A DNA stretch of 64,000 nucleotides from Podarcis pityusensis (GCA_964106645.2 OZ067040.1), one strand, 5' to 3'. Positions 12,747-25,695 are shown, counted from the first letter of the stretch. Notes: generated from the letters alone by a model not told the origin. Translations and numbers: made by a program.

Positions 12747-13434
12747 GCTAAGCTATGATATTCTCTAGGTTATACTGAGTCGTTATCTCTCAATATAATC
12801 GTTCTCTCAATATAATCTACCTTGTAGGGGTGTGGTGAGGATAAAAAGGAGAAAAAACATATACACTGTCCTGATTCTACTTCTGGTTCTCTTAGACAGA
12901 CACTGTTGGTCCCTGATGAGGCCACTTGCCCTTTCAATGTCCTTTCTAAATTTACTGGGTTTTGTTTTGTTGAGAGGGTTTTTGGGGGGGTGGGGTGGGG
13001 GATTGCTTACACTTTTTGTCCATTTTATTTGTGTGGTGGTTGGATCAGATCCAAGCGTGAGTGGTGGGTCCCCCCGCCCCACCATGTGAGATGGATGTTT
13101 GGCCCACAACTGTTCCTTAGCTTTCCAAATGTGTTCCCAGGCTCAAAATGGTTCGGGTCCCCTGACATATAGCCACAACGTTCAATAAGCACTTGGGGTC
13201 CCATGAACATGCCAAAGAGATAATGATCAAAAAAGTGTCATTGACAGGACACTTCCAGGTTTCCCTTGTAACAATCAGCATTATTTTTTTCTATATCTGA
13301 TATGTTCAACTAATGTACCCTCCCCCCCAAAAAAACCACACATACACCAAAGGGGAACATGGCCTTCCTTTATTCTATAAACTGCTTTTTCTTGAAATAC
13401 AGCAGCTCTGGATATATTTTTTCACTTGGTTTAC

Positions 13435-13611
13435 CTTGGTTTCTTCCAGTTGTCTCTGGAGATTTTTTGGATCTACAGCAACTGCCTCAGACAACTGTTT
13501 ATTCACAGCTTCTTCAGAGGCTTGAAGTCCCGTCAGAAGCCCAGATGAGGTGTCCTCATAATTCTGGTATTTATCTACCAGATCTTTGAGGTTATTTCCA
13601 AGGATACTGCA
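13435..13611 (-). CDS. DST: Spectrin-rod exon ([20 protein letters not shown]...[13 protein letters not shown])
   Basis: ttctag| and |gtaaac; 177 nt, phase 0/0; not in the ORF track. Confidence 0.95.
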
Positions 13612-15429
13612 CTAGAAGTGCACAGAGAGAAAACGGTGTTCAAGAATGGATATATACTTTAAAGCATTTGTATATAATATTACTAGCTAAAAGACTTAGG
13701 CAATTTGAAAACATCTTGTAATGGTAATTCAAATACTCTGCTTAGCTCATACTGCAAGATATTTATGCAATAACAATGCCTTTTCATACTGCTCCAGTAA
13801 CGGCTGAACATGGAAAGCACACACAAGCCTGCTTTGTTTGACACCCTAAACCAAACCCTTTTTCTGCCACACTGCATCAAGCAAACCAAAGGTTTGGCTT
13901 AGAGTGTGTTTCGTGAACCAAGGCTTTTGTTTAAATTTCCCTCCTCACTAACTTCTAACTTCTGACACTCATGTGAGAGGTTTTTTATTGCAACTGGCTC
14001 CATCTAGTGGTCAAATTTGAAAAGCCAGACAAGTAGGATTTGCAGACAAAATCATAACCTGGAAGTTTGTATATCCTGAGAAGACCTAAGTTTTAGAAGT
14101 TTGAGTTAAATGAACAAAATAAGAATTCCAGAATAAATTTCTTTTGTGTGTTGGCTAGTGTGTATCTCAGTTTTTATCTCTCTTCCATCACCCTATATGT
14201 ACAATGGTGGTGTTTTAGCTAAAATATGAAGCCCAGCACAATGCAAAGCAGTAATCAAAGTGGTGCCTGCTGATGTCTGGCAGCCATACAGAACATTTGG
14301 TCAATTTCTAGATTATCACAGCCTGGGGGACAATTGCCATGATCCTCTTCGTAGTCACTGACTTGTGGCAATGGCTGAACCTGTGGCTATGTGGTAATCT
14401 TATGGCATCACCCAGATTTCTGCTTACACCACCACAGAATGTCACCTGAGAGGCAAAGCTTTGATCTGTGCTTTGGGCACACAGTAAAGCAATCAGACTG
14501 CTGCCTTAGGGGTGTTCAGACATTCACCTGAACATGTGGACTGTTAAAAGTGTGGACAGGGGTGAACACACAAGCCCCACTACCCAATGTCCTCACATAC
14601 ATCACACTACTGCAGTCCCCAGCCTTCCACGTTGCACAGAGGAAGTGTGCCAGGGGCTTCTACTTCTGCTCACTTGCACTCGAAAAGACTCCTCCACGCA
14701 ACTGAGGACACTGCTTTATTAGAGTTCAACTGTTTATAAGAGTTCTACTTGGATTCTAGTGAACATGAGTGGAAGTCACCTGCAGAATGCTTAGCACATC
14801 ACAGGAAAGCTCAGCAACTGAGGACATTGGGGATGGAGTGTGTGTGTGTGTGTGTGTGTGTGTCCCTGCTCCCACCCACTTTCTGTTTTCATGTGTTCAG
14901 GCACTTAAAGACACTCTTTTTAACACACTAAAAGGGCTGTTTAAATAGCTACAGAGACCAAATTCGGTTCTAAGTTGTCTCAGAGTACACGTTTAAAAGC
15001 CTCGGAGTAAATGGTAAGAAAACAAATGGGATTCCCTGAGAAGATCAAATATTGTGCAATACAGAAAAATATACAGAATAGGGCAATTTAGTATTTCACA
15101 TAACACCCCCCCCCCACCATATATCATTAAATAAAGCCAGTACACTAACATTAAAGCTGCAATCCTAAGCAAACTTACTAGGGAGCAAGTTCCATTAAAC
15201 ACAGTGGGACTTACTTCTGAAGAAACATGCAATGAATTGCGCTGCAAGATTTAAACATGGTTTAGGGATGATGAGGAATACTTCCAAGCCTAATTAACAT
15301 GACAGCAGTTATGCTCACAAATTACCAGTAATTGTGAGAACCCTAATTATATCCAGGTTTTGAATGTGATTTTAGGATCATATCTGGATCCACTGTAAAT
15401 TGGTTTGTCAATGCTCACAAGTGATGCAT

Positions 15430-15630
15430 GGGAATGTCAGGCTAGGACAGGAGAGAATCTGGCTGAAATCCCTGCTTAGCCATGAAGCTCAGTGGGTGAC
15501 CCTGGGCCAGTCCCACTCACTCACAGCCTAACCTACTTTACAGCTTGTGAGAATAAAATGGGGTTGGGTGGGGGTGGAGACTATGCTTGCCACCCTGAGC
15601 TCATGGAGAAAGCGTAAGATAAAAATGAAG
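15430..15630 (+). mobile_element. MIR/Squam3-like tRNA-derived SINE (degenerate)
   Basis: Core gccatgaagctcagtgggtgaccctgggccagtc...cagcctaacctac...gtgagaataaaatgggg; a related degenerate copy lies at about 25705-25830. Confidence 0.6.
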
Positions 15631-15908
15631 TGAGTAACAACAAAAAGTGGGAACAAGAGACTGTAGAAACTCACAAACTAAGAGTGAAAGGGAGAAACCT
15701 AAACCCTAATCCTGCTTCCCCAATTCAGTTACACATTTTGCCTGATACAGGGAAAACATAAGATACAGAGAGATGCAGCAAAAAAATAGCCTTAGACAGG
15801 CTCCTCCTCTACAGAAAGCATTCTGCTTTTAATTTCATGTAACAATTTGGTGAACTAAAAGGTTTATCTCATGGATACACATTCCACATGAATTCAGACT
15901 CAATTTAC

Positions 15909-16454
15909 CTTCGAGTAGAGAGATTTGAAGCGACCAGTTGCACTATCCAGCTTATTCTGTACCTCAATGTAAGTTGAAGAAGTATCAATACCTTCCTTGT
16001 CATATTTGACACCTTCTCTTTTATTACACGATTTAGCAGCATCCAATACTCTCTGTCCAGAAATGGTGATGTACCGCAAGTCCCCTTTGTGAGAAATGAC
16101 ATCTTCCGAAAAACTCTTCTGCCTTTTCAGTTTGATGATAATCCCATTGAAGTCAGATGCACCTGTTTCCAGGTTATCAAGTTCTTGCTCTCCCTGCTGG
16201 AGCCAGCTTTCAAACTCGCCATAGTCCGCATCAAACTTCTCAAGCTCCTCCTGCAAAGAGCGGGTCAACTTCAGCTTCTGCTCCGACTCCGCTAAGGCAG
16301 TTTCATACTGCACCTTCAGTTCCTTCATATTCCTTTGAATCTTCTCCTTTTCCTCTGGAGAAAGATGGTGTCCTTGCTTCTCAAGCAGGGCTTGGGTTGA
16401 CTGTGTAGCTATTATGACAGCTTGCTGCTGGGAAATAATTTTCTCATGCTGAGC
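15909..16454 (-). CDS. DST: Spectrin-rod exon ([13 protein letters not shown]...[22 protein letters not shown]...LYSK)
   Basis: acccag| and |gtaaat; 546 nt, phase 0/0. Confidence 0.96.
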
Positions 16455-17205
16455 CTGGGTGGGGAAGGCGGCAGGGAATCAAAATGTACATATATAATTA
16501 GCAATGTAATCTGTAATGTGTCCGATTCTTAGGAAATGTACTTAACGGTGGTTCAGAAACATTAAACAAATCAAAATGCTATGTGCTGCAGATGTACCAA
16601 CCAACTATATTCCTACTTCCCAATCGCAAGAACAAATCACCTACATTAAAATATCCCAATACACACACAAAGGCTTCCTCAATAGCTTCATGTTAGGGGT
16701 AGTTCCATTTATGCACGGATGTGCCTGCATGGAGCTTCCCATAACACTGAGGCTTTTGAGAGAGACCTTGTGCTTAAAGAGAGCTGTGTGCGGCCACTGG
16801 CATTCCGATGGATGTAAGATGTGCTAAGGCTGGGCTGTTTGGATGTGCTTGTCAATACTTCCCACTTTGGCCTGCCTTTATTTTCCACAGCTTTGAGCAC
16901 TTTCAACACAGAAGATAAAGATGAAAATGCTCTACTGGTTCATTAGATAAGAGCTAGGAAATAAATATGCTCTGAGGCTTGTAGTGCAGTGAGAGGTGGT
17001 GAAATCACCTCCCACGAAATCATTCTAGAGATTCCTTGGTATGAAAAGCAGAGATCTAGGGCTTTTGCTTTGTACGTTTCAAGGCCACCACAACAGCTGG
17101 CAATGCTGGCTCCACGGCACATGAGGTGAGTTTATATCAACCCTCATTTCTTTTCCAGGACAAGCGTGAATTGATAAAGCAATTAGTATTATACATGTGT
17201 AGTAC

Positions 17206-17490
17206 CTTGGCTTTCTGATATTGCATGTTGAGATTATCTTCTGAGGGCTTCAGTTGTCCATCCACGTGAGTTTCATTCTGTTGTTGGATTTCCATCAAGT
17301 TGCCATTGACTTCATCGTCTTCTCCAGCCAACTCTTCCACCTCTCCTTCTTGGAAATGGTTGCCATTCTGTTTAATTGCTGGCTTGCCTTTCTTGCCCCC
17401 ATGTTCAGCATCCTTGTCGACCTTTGACAACCAGTCCAGAAGGTTCTCTATTGTGCTTTTACTCTCCTCTAGCTGTTCTCTAGCTGCAAC
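17206..17490 (-). CDS. DST: Spectrin-rod exon (VAAREQLEESKSTIENLLDWLS...QYQKAK)
   Basis: gtgcag| and |gtacta; 285 nt, phase 0/0. Confidence 0.94.
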
Positions 17491-18266
17491 CTGCACAATT
17501 AAAGTTCAAGCTCGAATCTTACGCAGTCATGAAAAGTTCAAATGCAGATATTCGTGATATTGCAAACAAGGGTATACGAATACATTTGGGGGGGGGATTA
17601 GTGGGACTTTTTCTCCTACTGGTCATGTGCAAACATCTGCAGAATGATGCAGTGTGCCTGCACTTCTGTATGCTTAGGAAAAATGAGGAAAAACTAAAAT
17701 GAATTATTATTCCTATTGTTTAAAGGATCCTCCCTTGGGAGGAAAGACTTATGGAACCAGATGTTTACAGGCCACATTCACATTAGTGAAAGTCTGCACG
17801 AGGATTTTAGCTAGTGCAATGGGAATTTCCTTCTCTGCACTCTGCCCCCCAAAAAGGAAAAAAATGGCTAGGGGCAGTTGGGAGAACCCTCAGAACAGAA
17901 TACAGGGGGGGACATCTGGCAAGCAGAACTGTTTATGCTGAAGCAACTATCTCCTGAGTGCTACACTGAATTGCTCTATATGTTCCTTTCTTTTGGGAAG
18001 CAAATACTGACAATTCCAGATGCATTTGGTGAATGTCTGAAAATAGATAGATGCATTTCCCTACATTTAATACACACAGTGAAATAATAATAATAATAAT
18101 ACTGACAATCAATTCCTTGAGTTTTCAGACATTCACAAACATTGCCAGACATTGCCAGACATTGTCAGACATTCAGACATTGTCTGGGATGGTCAGCATT
18201 CACATGCAAGGAAAAATTATAGCAATGAGCCATTTTTAAATAAATATTAAATGGTTGCCAAAGAAC

Positions 18267-18500
18267 CTTTTCTGTTTCTTGCTTAATAGCTGTTGTCACG
18301 GCTTTATCCAGCTGTTTCCTGGACTCCTCTGCCTTCTGGCTAAGCAGCAAACACTTGGTCTTGGCTTCATTAAGCTTCTTTTCAAGAGCAGTCTTGTCTT
18401 CTTGTCGCAGCTTTTCTCCATTTTCTTTCAAAAACATCTCCGTATTTTTCACAATTTCTGCTAGTGCTTGTGTATTTGCTTGCATATCTTTCTGTAGCTC
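18267..18500 (-). CDS. DST: Spectrin-rod exon ([15 protein letters not shown]...AIKQETEK)
   Basis: ttccag| and a weak |gttctt donor; 234 nt, phase 0/0. Confidence 0.93.
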
Positions 18501-18957
18501 CTGGAAAGGGGGGCGGGGAATCAACAATAAAAAAATCAGAAGGAAGAGTTATCCATTTATTTTTTCACTTCGAAAGCCCCTTTTCTAAGGTACACGCTGG
18601 ATTTGCCTTCACGTTTCATGAAAATGGCAACAAGAGAGTAACAATTGCTAAATTTCTACAAGACTGAGATCGAGACCTCTGCTCCATACTGGAAAAGAGT
18701 GGAACTTCCTGAAACACAATTTCTTCCCTGATAATTAGAGGCTAACTGACCCACCACTCAGGGGCCAACCCTACCATGAGGCAATGTGAGGCAGTCGCTT
18801 CAAGCAGCAGATACAGAGGGTAGAGTTTTCATATTACACAATATCATTCCATTTGAGCCACTCGGGCATCCCCCTCTGTGGGAGGACAAGGTAGCATGTG
18901 CCACAGGGCCTGCCCTGTATCCCCAAGCTAGCCTGCTGACCTAAGGTATGGTGGAGA

Positions 18958-19489
18958 TGTTAGGAAAACATTCTTAAAGAAACAGATAAAGGTTCCTGGA
19001 AGCTTTAAAGAGGGTTCCAGAATTTACTTTAGTGTGTAGGAGTGACACTCTAGGCTTGACTGGTGTCAGCTGGAGGTGCAAATAAAGGGAGGAAGTTGCA
19101 GGCTGCAATTTCAGCATGACAAAAGCACACACACACACACACACACACAGTCAGCACGCAAGTTGACAATAAGGTTGGAAGTAAGACAATGAGTGCTGCT
19201 GATACTGTGAGTTTTGCTGTGTCGGGATTGTTAATTACTGGACTGAGATTATACCATGCTGGAGAGATAAAGAAAGAATGTAAATAGCTTGTATATAATA
19301 GTAACAGAAATGCTTGTGCAACCAGTCAAGCAATAAAAAGCTCTTGACTGTGAATTTGAGTATGACTCCTGTTCTTGTCCTCTGCCTCGGAGGAAAACTC
19401 TGCTACAAACAGTAAGAAGTCGTTTTACCGAGGTGCCACTACACTAGCAGAAAAGCGCAGTGCAAGTGTGTGAGTGGTAACCTCTAATA
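18958..19489 (+). mobile_element. Solo LTR (532 bp)
   Basis: TGTTAG...CTAATA termini, exact 5-bp TSD GGAGA on both sides, TATA-like tatataa near 19292 and AATAAA near 19332. Confidence 0.8.
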
Positions 19490-19576
19490 GGAGAATGCCA
19501 TCTCACTGGCACAGTTGAAGTAAGATTCAACTGCTAATCTGGTTGGCATCTGTACATGGAATGGGGCTTGTGTGTA

Positions 19577-19584
<8 letters not shown>

Positions 19585-19618
<34 letters not shown>
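19585..19618. repeat. (TG)n microsatellite
   Basis: Direct read; others at about 14838-14862 (TG) and 19127-19149 (CA). Confidence 0.95.
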
Positions 19619-19620
<2 letters not shown>

Positions 19621-21204
19621 ATCTTGTCCTTTGCCTCCAGCAGCCAAGAATACTAGATGGCCCTGCCACCACAGCACAAGCTAACAAGTTTAACCTTTTG
19701 GAATCATTCAGAAATAATTTTGTTTACTAACATCTTGCACTGCAAAAAGCTAATATACACAATTCTCTGCATGTTTTAGAAATCTAATGGACCGGTCAAA
19801 TTGACACATGCATTACAGCTAACTGCATGGCTCACGTCATCACAAGATGCCCTGGGAAGTCAAGGTAAACACACTCTGGCCTTTGCCACTGACTAGGGAA
19901 CAAAGGGCTTCTGGAAGGCTTCATCTCCTGCCTCTCTCTCCCCCTGTCCCCCGCCACAGAAGGGACACCACCACAAGGGAAGTCCACCCTGACATTATGC
20001 AAAAGCCTGAAAGGGGGCAGCTGTGGGGCATTTGCTTCTCCCTCTCCCTGCAAGAAAGAACACTTGGCTCCAACTGCTAATTATCCAGGAACTTCAGGTC
20101 AGAAAGGAAGCACACTCTGACTCCATCCAAGGGACATGAAGCTGATGGGTTGTGTAAGGAATTGTTATTTCAATCACTTGCAAGCTTGCAGTGATGGTTG
20201 TTTAACTGAGAGGGCAAAAAAGAATTCCAAATAAATAAGTAAATAACTAAACAAATCAACTGACTTAGCTCCTTGTATCACTTAAGCAGTGAACATTCGC
20301 CTGAACTGTTTACTGGCATAAACACAAAATTGCATGCATTGGAGCATTTGGAAGCTGAACGCAAAGAGGTACTTCTTTACAGAGGCTGAGAATATTGACT
20401 GGAACTACTTGTTTATGTTTTTTAAGTATTCTTTTTTTAATACCCCAAAACTGTTTCACATCCTTCCGCTCCAAAAAGGATTCACTTCAAGAAGTTAATA
20501 AAATATATAGAAACAGACACAAAGGTGTTTTTTTTTAAAAAATCCATGCATACTTGTTTTAAAGCTGCTGACTGTATTTTGATAAATTTGGTGTCAACTT
20601 GTTTTTAAAGTTTGATTTCATCAGTACGTTTTAATTAATGTTTTTTTGTGAGCCACTTAGGAGATTTTTGCTGATAAGGTAGCATAGAAATCTTGTTAAA
20701 TAAATAAAAACGAATAAATAAAGTTGTAGGGTTTTTGCGGTAACATTGCTTTTTTGGCTGGTTTGGTGCTTTTAACTCGTTTTTACTGCTTTGGACTTGA
20801 AGAAATGAAGGGCGATATCTAGCAATTTTGCATAAGCATATTAACAAACCTCTAAACTAGGGATGATTTTAGCTCTCCTCTTCTACTGCATTGCTGTTCA
20901 GTGGATTCATTTTACCCCACATTCCTGAGAGCCATTCCAAGATGCTTGTGCAGGCTACATAAGGGGCACTGCTGGAAGGCTACACAAGGGATATTGCTAG
21001 CACCTCATTGATGACCTACCAACTTTCACACTATAAACTCAACTGGACTTCAGGTGAGGTGCAAACAGCTAATCCAAAATATATTTACAGGGCTTGCAAA
21101 ATGCTCCCAAGCACATTTACTCAGAAATATTTACAAGTAACTCCAATGTGATTTATAAGGACTGCAGCCTGGCTCTGCTGCTGCCGATTAGTCAAGCATT
21201 GTAC

Positions 21205-21357
21205 CTCTTGTTTGATCTGGTATTGCTGCAACTCTGCCTTGGTATCTTCAATAGCAAGTGCTTCTTTGTGGCCGATCAGCTGGTTTTCCGTCTGTGTTAG
21301 AAGGTCGCATATATCCTGTAATTTTTCTGTGAAATCCTGGTGCTGGTCTGCCAAGTC
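21205..21357 (-). CDS. DST: Spectrin-rod exon where the a and b isoforms rejoin (DLADQHQDFTEKLQDICDLLTQTENQLIGH...)
   Basis: atttag| and |gtacaa; 153 nt, phase 0/0. Confidence 0.94.
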
Positions 21358-21940
21358 CTAATTTAGAATAAGAAGAAACCTGAATAGAAATGCTCAGAGG
21401 CTCTCATAGAGGTTAATGTTCAAACAACCAAATATCAAAGCTTTCATCAGACACTATTTCTGAGAGTATGCTGTAAACATGATAGCAGCTGCACACAGTT
21501 TAAAGAAGCTGAATATAGAAGGTATGAGATAAACCTCACAAATGCTGTAAGTAAAGAGACCAGGTTTTGGATGGAACCGCCCAGCAGAAGTCTGGCCATG
21601 CATTATGCGTGTGAAAATCCAAATCTCTGAATGGCTTGAAACCTGTAACAGACAGGTATTAATTCTGAAAAGAGGATGGCAAAACAAAGGTTAGTCGAAA
21701 ACTATGTGTTAGATCAGTTGGTACATGTAATATTACCCGCATATAAAATGCTGTTGTGTTTTAAGCAATACAGAAGCAGACATGCAATGGCACTCATTGT
21801 TCTTAACGGTACTTTCATCCCTATTAAGCATATTTTTTAAATCCTGCATTTCCTGGGCTGAAGACTCTCCCTTCTCCCTCAACTGATTAAAAAAGAAATT
21901 GTCCTTCAAAGTTAATCTTATTCGGTGCTTGCAGACTAAT

Positions 21941-22124
21941 AAAATCATAGAGTTTGGAAGGGACCACAAGGGTCATCTAGTCCTACCCCCTGCAATGCAG
22001 GAATCTCAAATAAAGTGTTCGGGACAGATAGCCAATCAACCTCTGTTTAAAAACCTCCAAGGAAGGAGAGTCCACAACCTCTCGAGGGCATTTGTTCCAC
22101 TGTCAAACAGCTCTTACTGTAGAA
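21941..22124 (-). mobile_element. CR1 LINE 3' end (5'-truncated)
   Basis: Reverse complement reads ...VRAV.QWN...VVDSPSLEVFKQRL...ggactagatgacccttgtggtcccttccaaactctatgattt. Confidence 0.85.
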
Positions 22125-22207
22125 CTCTGCTTCTTCTTTTTCCCTGTTAGCCCTACTGCTGACAAATTCCCAATGCTCTTGAGTACATTACTTTCCATAC
22201 ACTCGAG

Positions 22208-22298
22208 CAGATGTGGGGAACCTTTGGCCCTCCAGATGTTGCTGGACTCCAGCAGTTTTAGTTCATCAATATCTGTAGGCCAAAGGTCCCCACACCTG
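22208..22298. mobile_element. Short palindromic hAT-like MITE (internally deleted)
   Basis: CAGATGTGGGGAACCTTTGGCC...GGCCAAAGGTCCCCACACCTG inverted termini. Confidence 0.65.
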
Positions 22299-22832
22299 TG
22301 CTAGAGTGATCAGACCTCTTAGAAGGCCCTCAAGATGCAGAACAAGCACCTGTGGCTATTTCACCTACAAAAGGGCAGCACGCAAGTCGCAGAGTGATTT
22401 CCCCAAATCACAGAAGCATCCATTGTTGCTTCCTGGGACAGGGAGCTGGTTAGATTCCTGAACTAGATGACAAAGCACCCTTCTTCAACAGACACCCAAA
22501 GTCTAATGTGAAGTCCTAGGTCTGCTGCCTCAGCTTTATTAGTTTGTTTATGACTCAGCTTTAAAGTAAAAGTCAAATCATTACCCACTGTTGGGTAAAG
22601 CATTTTATCATTTCTATATATTGCTGTTGAAACAAAACTTGCTGTTGAAGGAAGCACGCAACTGGTTCCCTCAAACATTTATCATGTGGCTCTAGAATTC
22701 TGAAGGATAGGCACACTGTATTCTTTTGCTTTCGATCTCAGCTAGAGTACAATTTCTGCACTTCAACATTTTGTCACCTCTCCACTTGGGTTCGGTGTCA
22801 TGCTAAGCACACAATCACACACAGAAGCAAAC

Positions 22833-23066
22833 CTTCTGGTCAACAAGAACTTGTTCTGTCTGTAAGAGAGTTTCAAAATGGTCGACTTGGGATCTTATTG
22901 TCTCTTGCATTTCCTGGAAGCGCTTCTGTGTGGTATTCAAAAGCCTCAAGAGCTGCTTGCTCTGGTTTGGGGAAAGATCTTGGGCATGCTCAGATATGAA
23001 GAACTGAATATCAAGTGCTGCGGATTCCAACTGCATTTTTGTACATTCAAACTCTTTTTCCAGGTC
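22833..23066 (-). CDS. DST: DST b-type exon ([33 protein letters not shown]...)
   Basis: ttgcag| and |gtttgc; 234 nt, phase 0/0. Confidence 0.92.
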
Positions 23067-23420
23067 CTGCAAATTAAGTAATAAAAATAGTTAGCATAAA
23101 AAAACCCTGCAACAGCTTTTCCCAACCTGGTGCTCTCAAGATGTTTTGGCATGCAGCTTCCATAAGCCTCAGTCAGCAGGGTTATGGGCCAATAGGAATT
23201 GTTACAAATCATCTAGAGGCCACCAGATTGAGGAAGCCTGCCCTATCATTTGATAAAAGGTTAAGCTCACTCACTGGTTTTTTTAAAATCATTCAGATAT
23301 CTGATCTGGAATTCACTCTGTATCAGTTCATAATCCAGAATCTATTAAAGATTATTACTAGACATTTAGGTTTGTTGAGCCTTCCTCAAATTCATTGACT
23401 TGCAACATCAGATCTACATA

Positions 23421-23646
23421 CAGTGGTACCTCAGGTTAAGTATTTAATTCGTTCCGGAGGTCTGTTCTTAACCTGAAACTGTTCTTAACCTGAAGCACCA
23501 CTTTAGCTAATGGGGCCTCCTGCTGCTGCCACACCGCCGGAGCCCGATTTCTGTTCTTATCCTGAAGCAAAGTTCTTAACCTGAAGCACTATTTCTGGGT
23601 TAGCGGAGTGTGTAACCTGAAGCGTATGTAACCTGAGGTACCACTG
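23421..23646 (+). mobile_element. Tigger-like MITE, copy 3
   Basis: Same TIR and TA target-site duplication. Confidence 0.88.
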
Positions 23647-24129
23647 TAATGTTAAGTGTAATGTTGGGGAGGAGAGGGGGGAAACCCCATTGCATCAGCA
23701 GAACTTGTTCAGGTCTTCTGCTGACACCACCCTTTATTTTTGAATCATTGCACTGAAGGGAATTACACTGAGGCTGTGTTTGCTACAGTCTTGGTGGACA
23801 TATGTGCAAAATATGTGACTGATAATGAGTTAAATCATAAACTTACTGACAGCATTTTCTGATGTTGAGCCTAGCACCAACCTCAAGGAAGAATTACTTT
23901 CTACTATTGAGATTTAGAACTTCTGTAACCATTCTGTTAAAACTATAGGAGTGTTACTTGCACAAATCCTGACTGCCTATCTGAACTAACAATAATCACC
24001 CAAACTATCACTAGCTTCGAACATGTAGGTTATTGGTAACTAGTACTGAATCAGAGTGGAGATCACCTACAAAACATCATATCTAGAAGTTAACAGTCAC
24101 TGACAGATTAGGCACCAAATGATACATGC

Positions 24130-24276
24130 CTTGAGTAACTGAAACCTTTGCTTCACATCTTCTATATCACATGTATCCACTTTGAGATTATTCATTATTT
24201 CACTCTTCTCATCAATCCAACCTGTAAACTCCTGAAGCTTGACTAGATGTTTCTGATGAAGCACTGAAAGTTTAGC
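24130..24276 (-). CDS. DST: DST b-type exon (AKLSVLHQKHLVKLQEFTGWIDEK...RFQLLK), ending at a GC donor
   Basis: tttctag| start, AAG|gcatgt end; 147 nt, phase 0/0. No phase-0 GT lies between this point and the next in-frame stop. Confidence 0.85.
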
Positions 24277-25220
24277 CTAGAAAAGATGTTCAAATAAGAT
24301 ATTTATCCAACAACAGATCTAAACCAAACTAAAATGAAAACCAAACCAAAAGATTTCAGTTAGATGACAGTGAAACAAAGCTACTGGCATAATCAGAAAA
24401 ATAAGGAGATATTTTTCCCACTATATACATGTGGCGTATTTTAGATCTACAAGAACACTTTGCTAATGATACTAATTGCATACGCAAAGTCTATTTAATT
24501 CTGACACTTCAACAATGGGCAAAAGGGTTTATATCACTTATCTAACAAAAATTCTTTAGGAGAGAGCAAATTCTTTCCAATCCCAGTTACCATTTCACAA
24601 TAATGGAACTCCTTTTCTTTCAAAACTCACTAAATAATGAGACTAAGAACAAATTCATGTACACATGCTTATCAATTTAGGTTGGTATTTTTGTAACGTG
24701 CTCTGAGACCATTTAGTGCAGGGTGGGTTATAAGTCTACTACTACCACCACCACCACAATCAATGGATGATACTCAACTCAACATGAAAACATTAAAATG
24801 AATTGTTTGAGAAAGTTCTTGTCTGTGGTGCTGATCTATGATCACTGAATCACACATGCACATCATCATTTGATGTTCAAGTAATCAAAGGATGCACAAG
24901 TTTTTGTATTCACTGTGATTCGGAAGGAATGCATCTGCAATCCTACACACACTTTCCTACAAATAAGCCCCAATGAACACAGCAGGCATGCACAGGATTG
25001 TGCTGCAAGTGATCATTCATTGTGAACTAACTTTTAGAACATGGGTTTCAGCTAGTTAGTATCAGGCAATAAATTTGTCACCAAGTATGCAAAACCATTT
25101 TACAATACTTATGTGCATTTTGCACTTGGTTTTGTTTAAAATGGTTGAACTAAATCTAAGTTTGGAGTTGGATAGGTTAAAAATCTATAGAAGTAAAATT
25201 GATGTGGGCTATGAACCTAC

Positions 25221-25436
25221 CATTTCAGAGTCTACTGCCAAGACTATTTGCTTTGCTCGATTTGAAGACATTTCGCAGACCCCAAAGAAATCCTTCTCCA
25301 AACATTCATAGCTTTCTTTTAGATCCACAAGCTGTGCTCTGGGAACATCCGTGTGCTGAAATTTTAGAAACTCTTCTGCTAACTTCATATCTTTTCGCAG
25401 AGTAACAGCAAAGCCAGCAAGCCCGGATTCAAATGA
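25221..25436 (-). CDS. DST: DST b-type exon (SFESGLAGFAVTLRKDMKLAEEFLK...AVDSEM)
   Basis: ttttgtag| and |gtaggt; 216 nt, phase 0/0, open frame. Confidence 0.9.
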
Positions 25437-25469
25437 CTACAAAAAAATAAATACAGATGAGGTGCATTA

Positions 25470-25695
25470 AAAGCACGTCAAAGTGCAAGTAGATAAATAG
25501 GTACCGCTCCGGTGGGAAGGTAAACGGTGTTCCATGCGCTGCTCTGGTTCGCCAGAAGCGGCTTGGTCATGCTGGCCACATGACCTGGAAGCTGTACGCT
25601 GGCTCCCTTGGCCAATAAAGTGAGATGAGTGCCGCAACCCCAGAGTCGGCCACGACTGAACTTAATGGTCAGGGGTCCCTTTACCTTTACCTTAC
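25470..25695 (+). mobile_element. Sauria SINE, 5'-truncated
   Basis: gtgcaagtagataaataggtacc core and ACCTTT-type tail; highly similar to the 3' part of the copy at 60377; CATTA on both sides. Confidence 0.9.

Larger units (their letters stand above)
18759..19665. mobile_element. hAT-like non-autonomous element hosting a nested solo LTR
   Basis: Termini CAGGGGCC...GGCCCTG; flanks ccaccact/ccaccaca form an 8-bp TSD (7/8). Confidence 0.7.
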
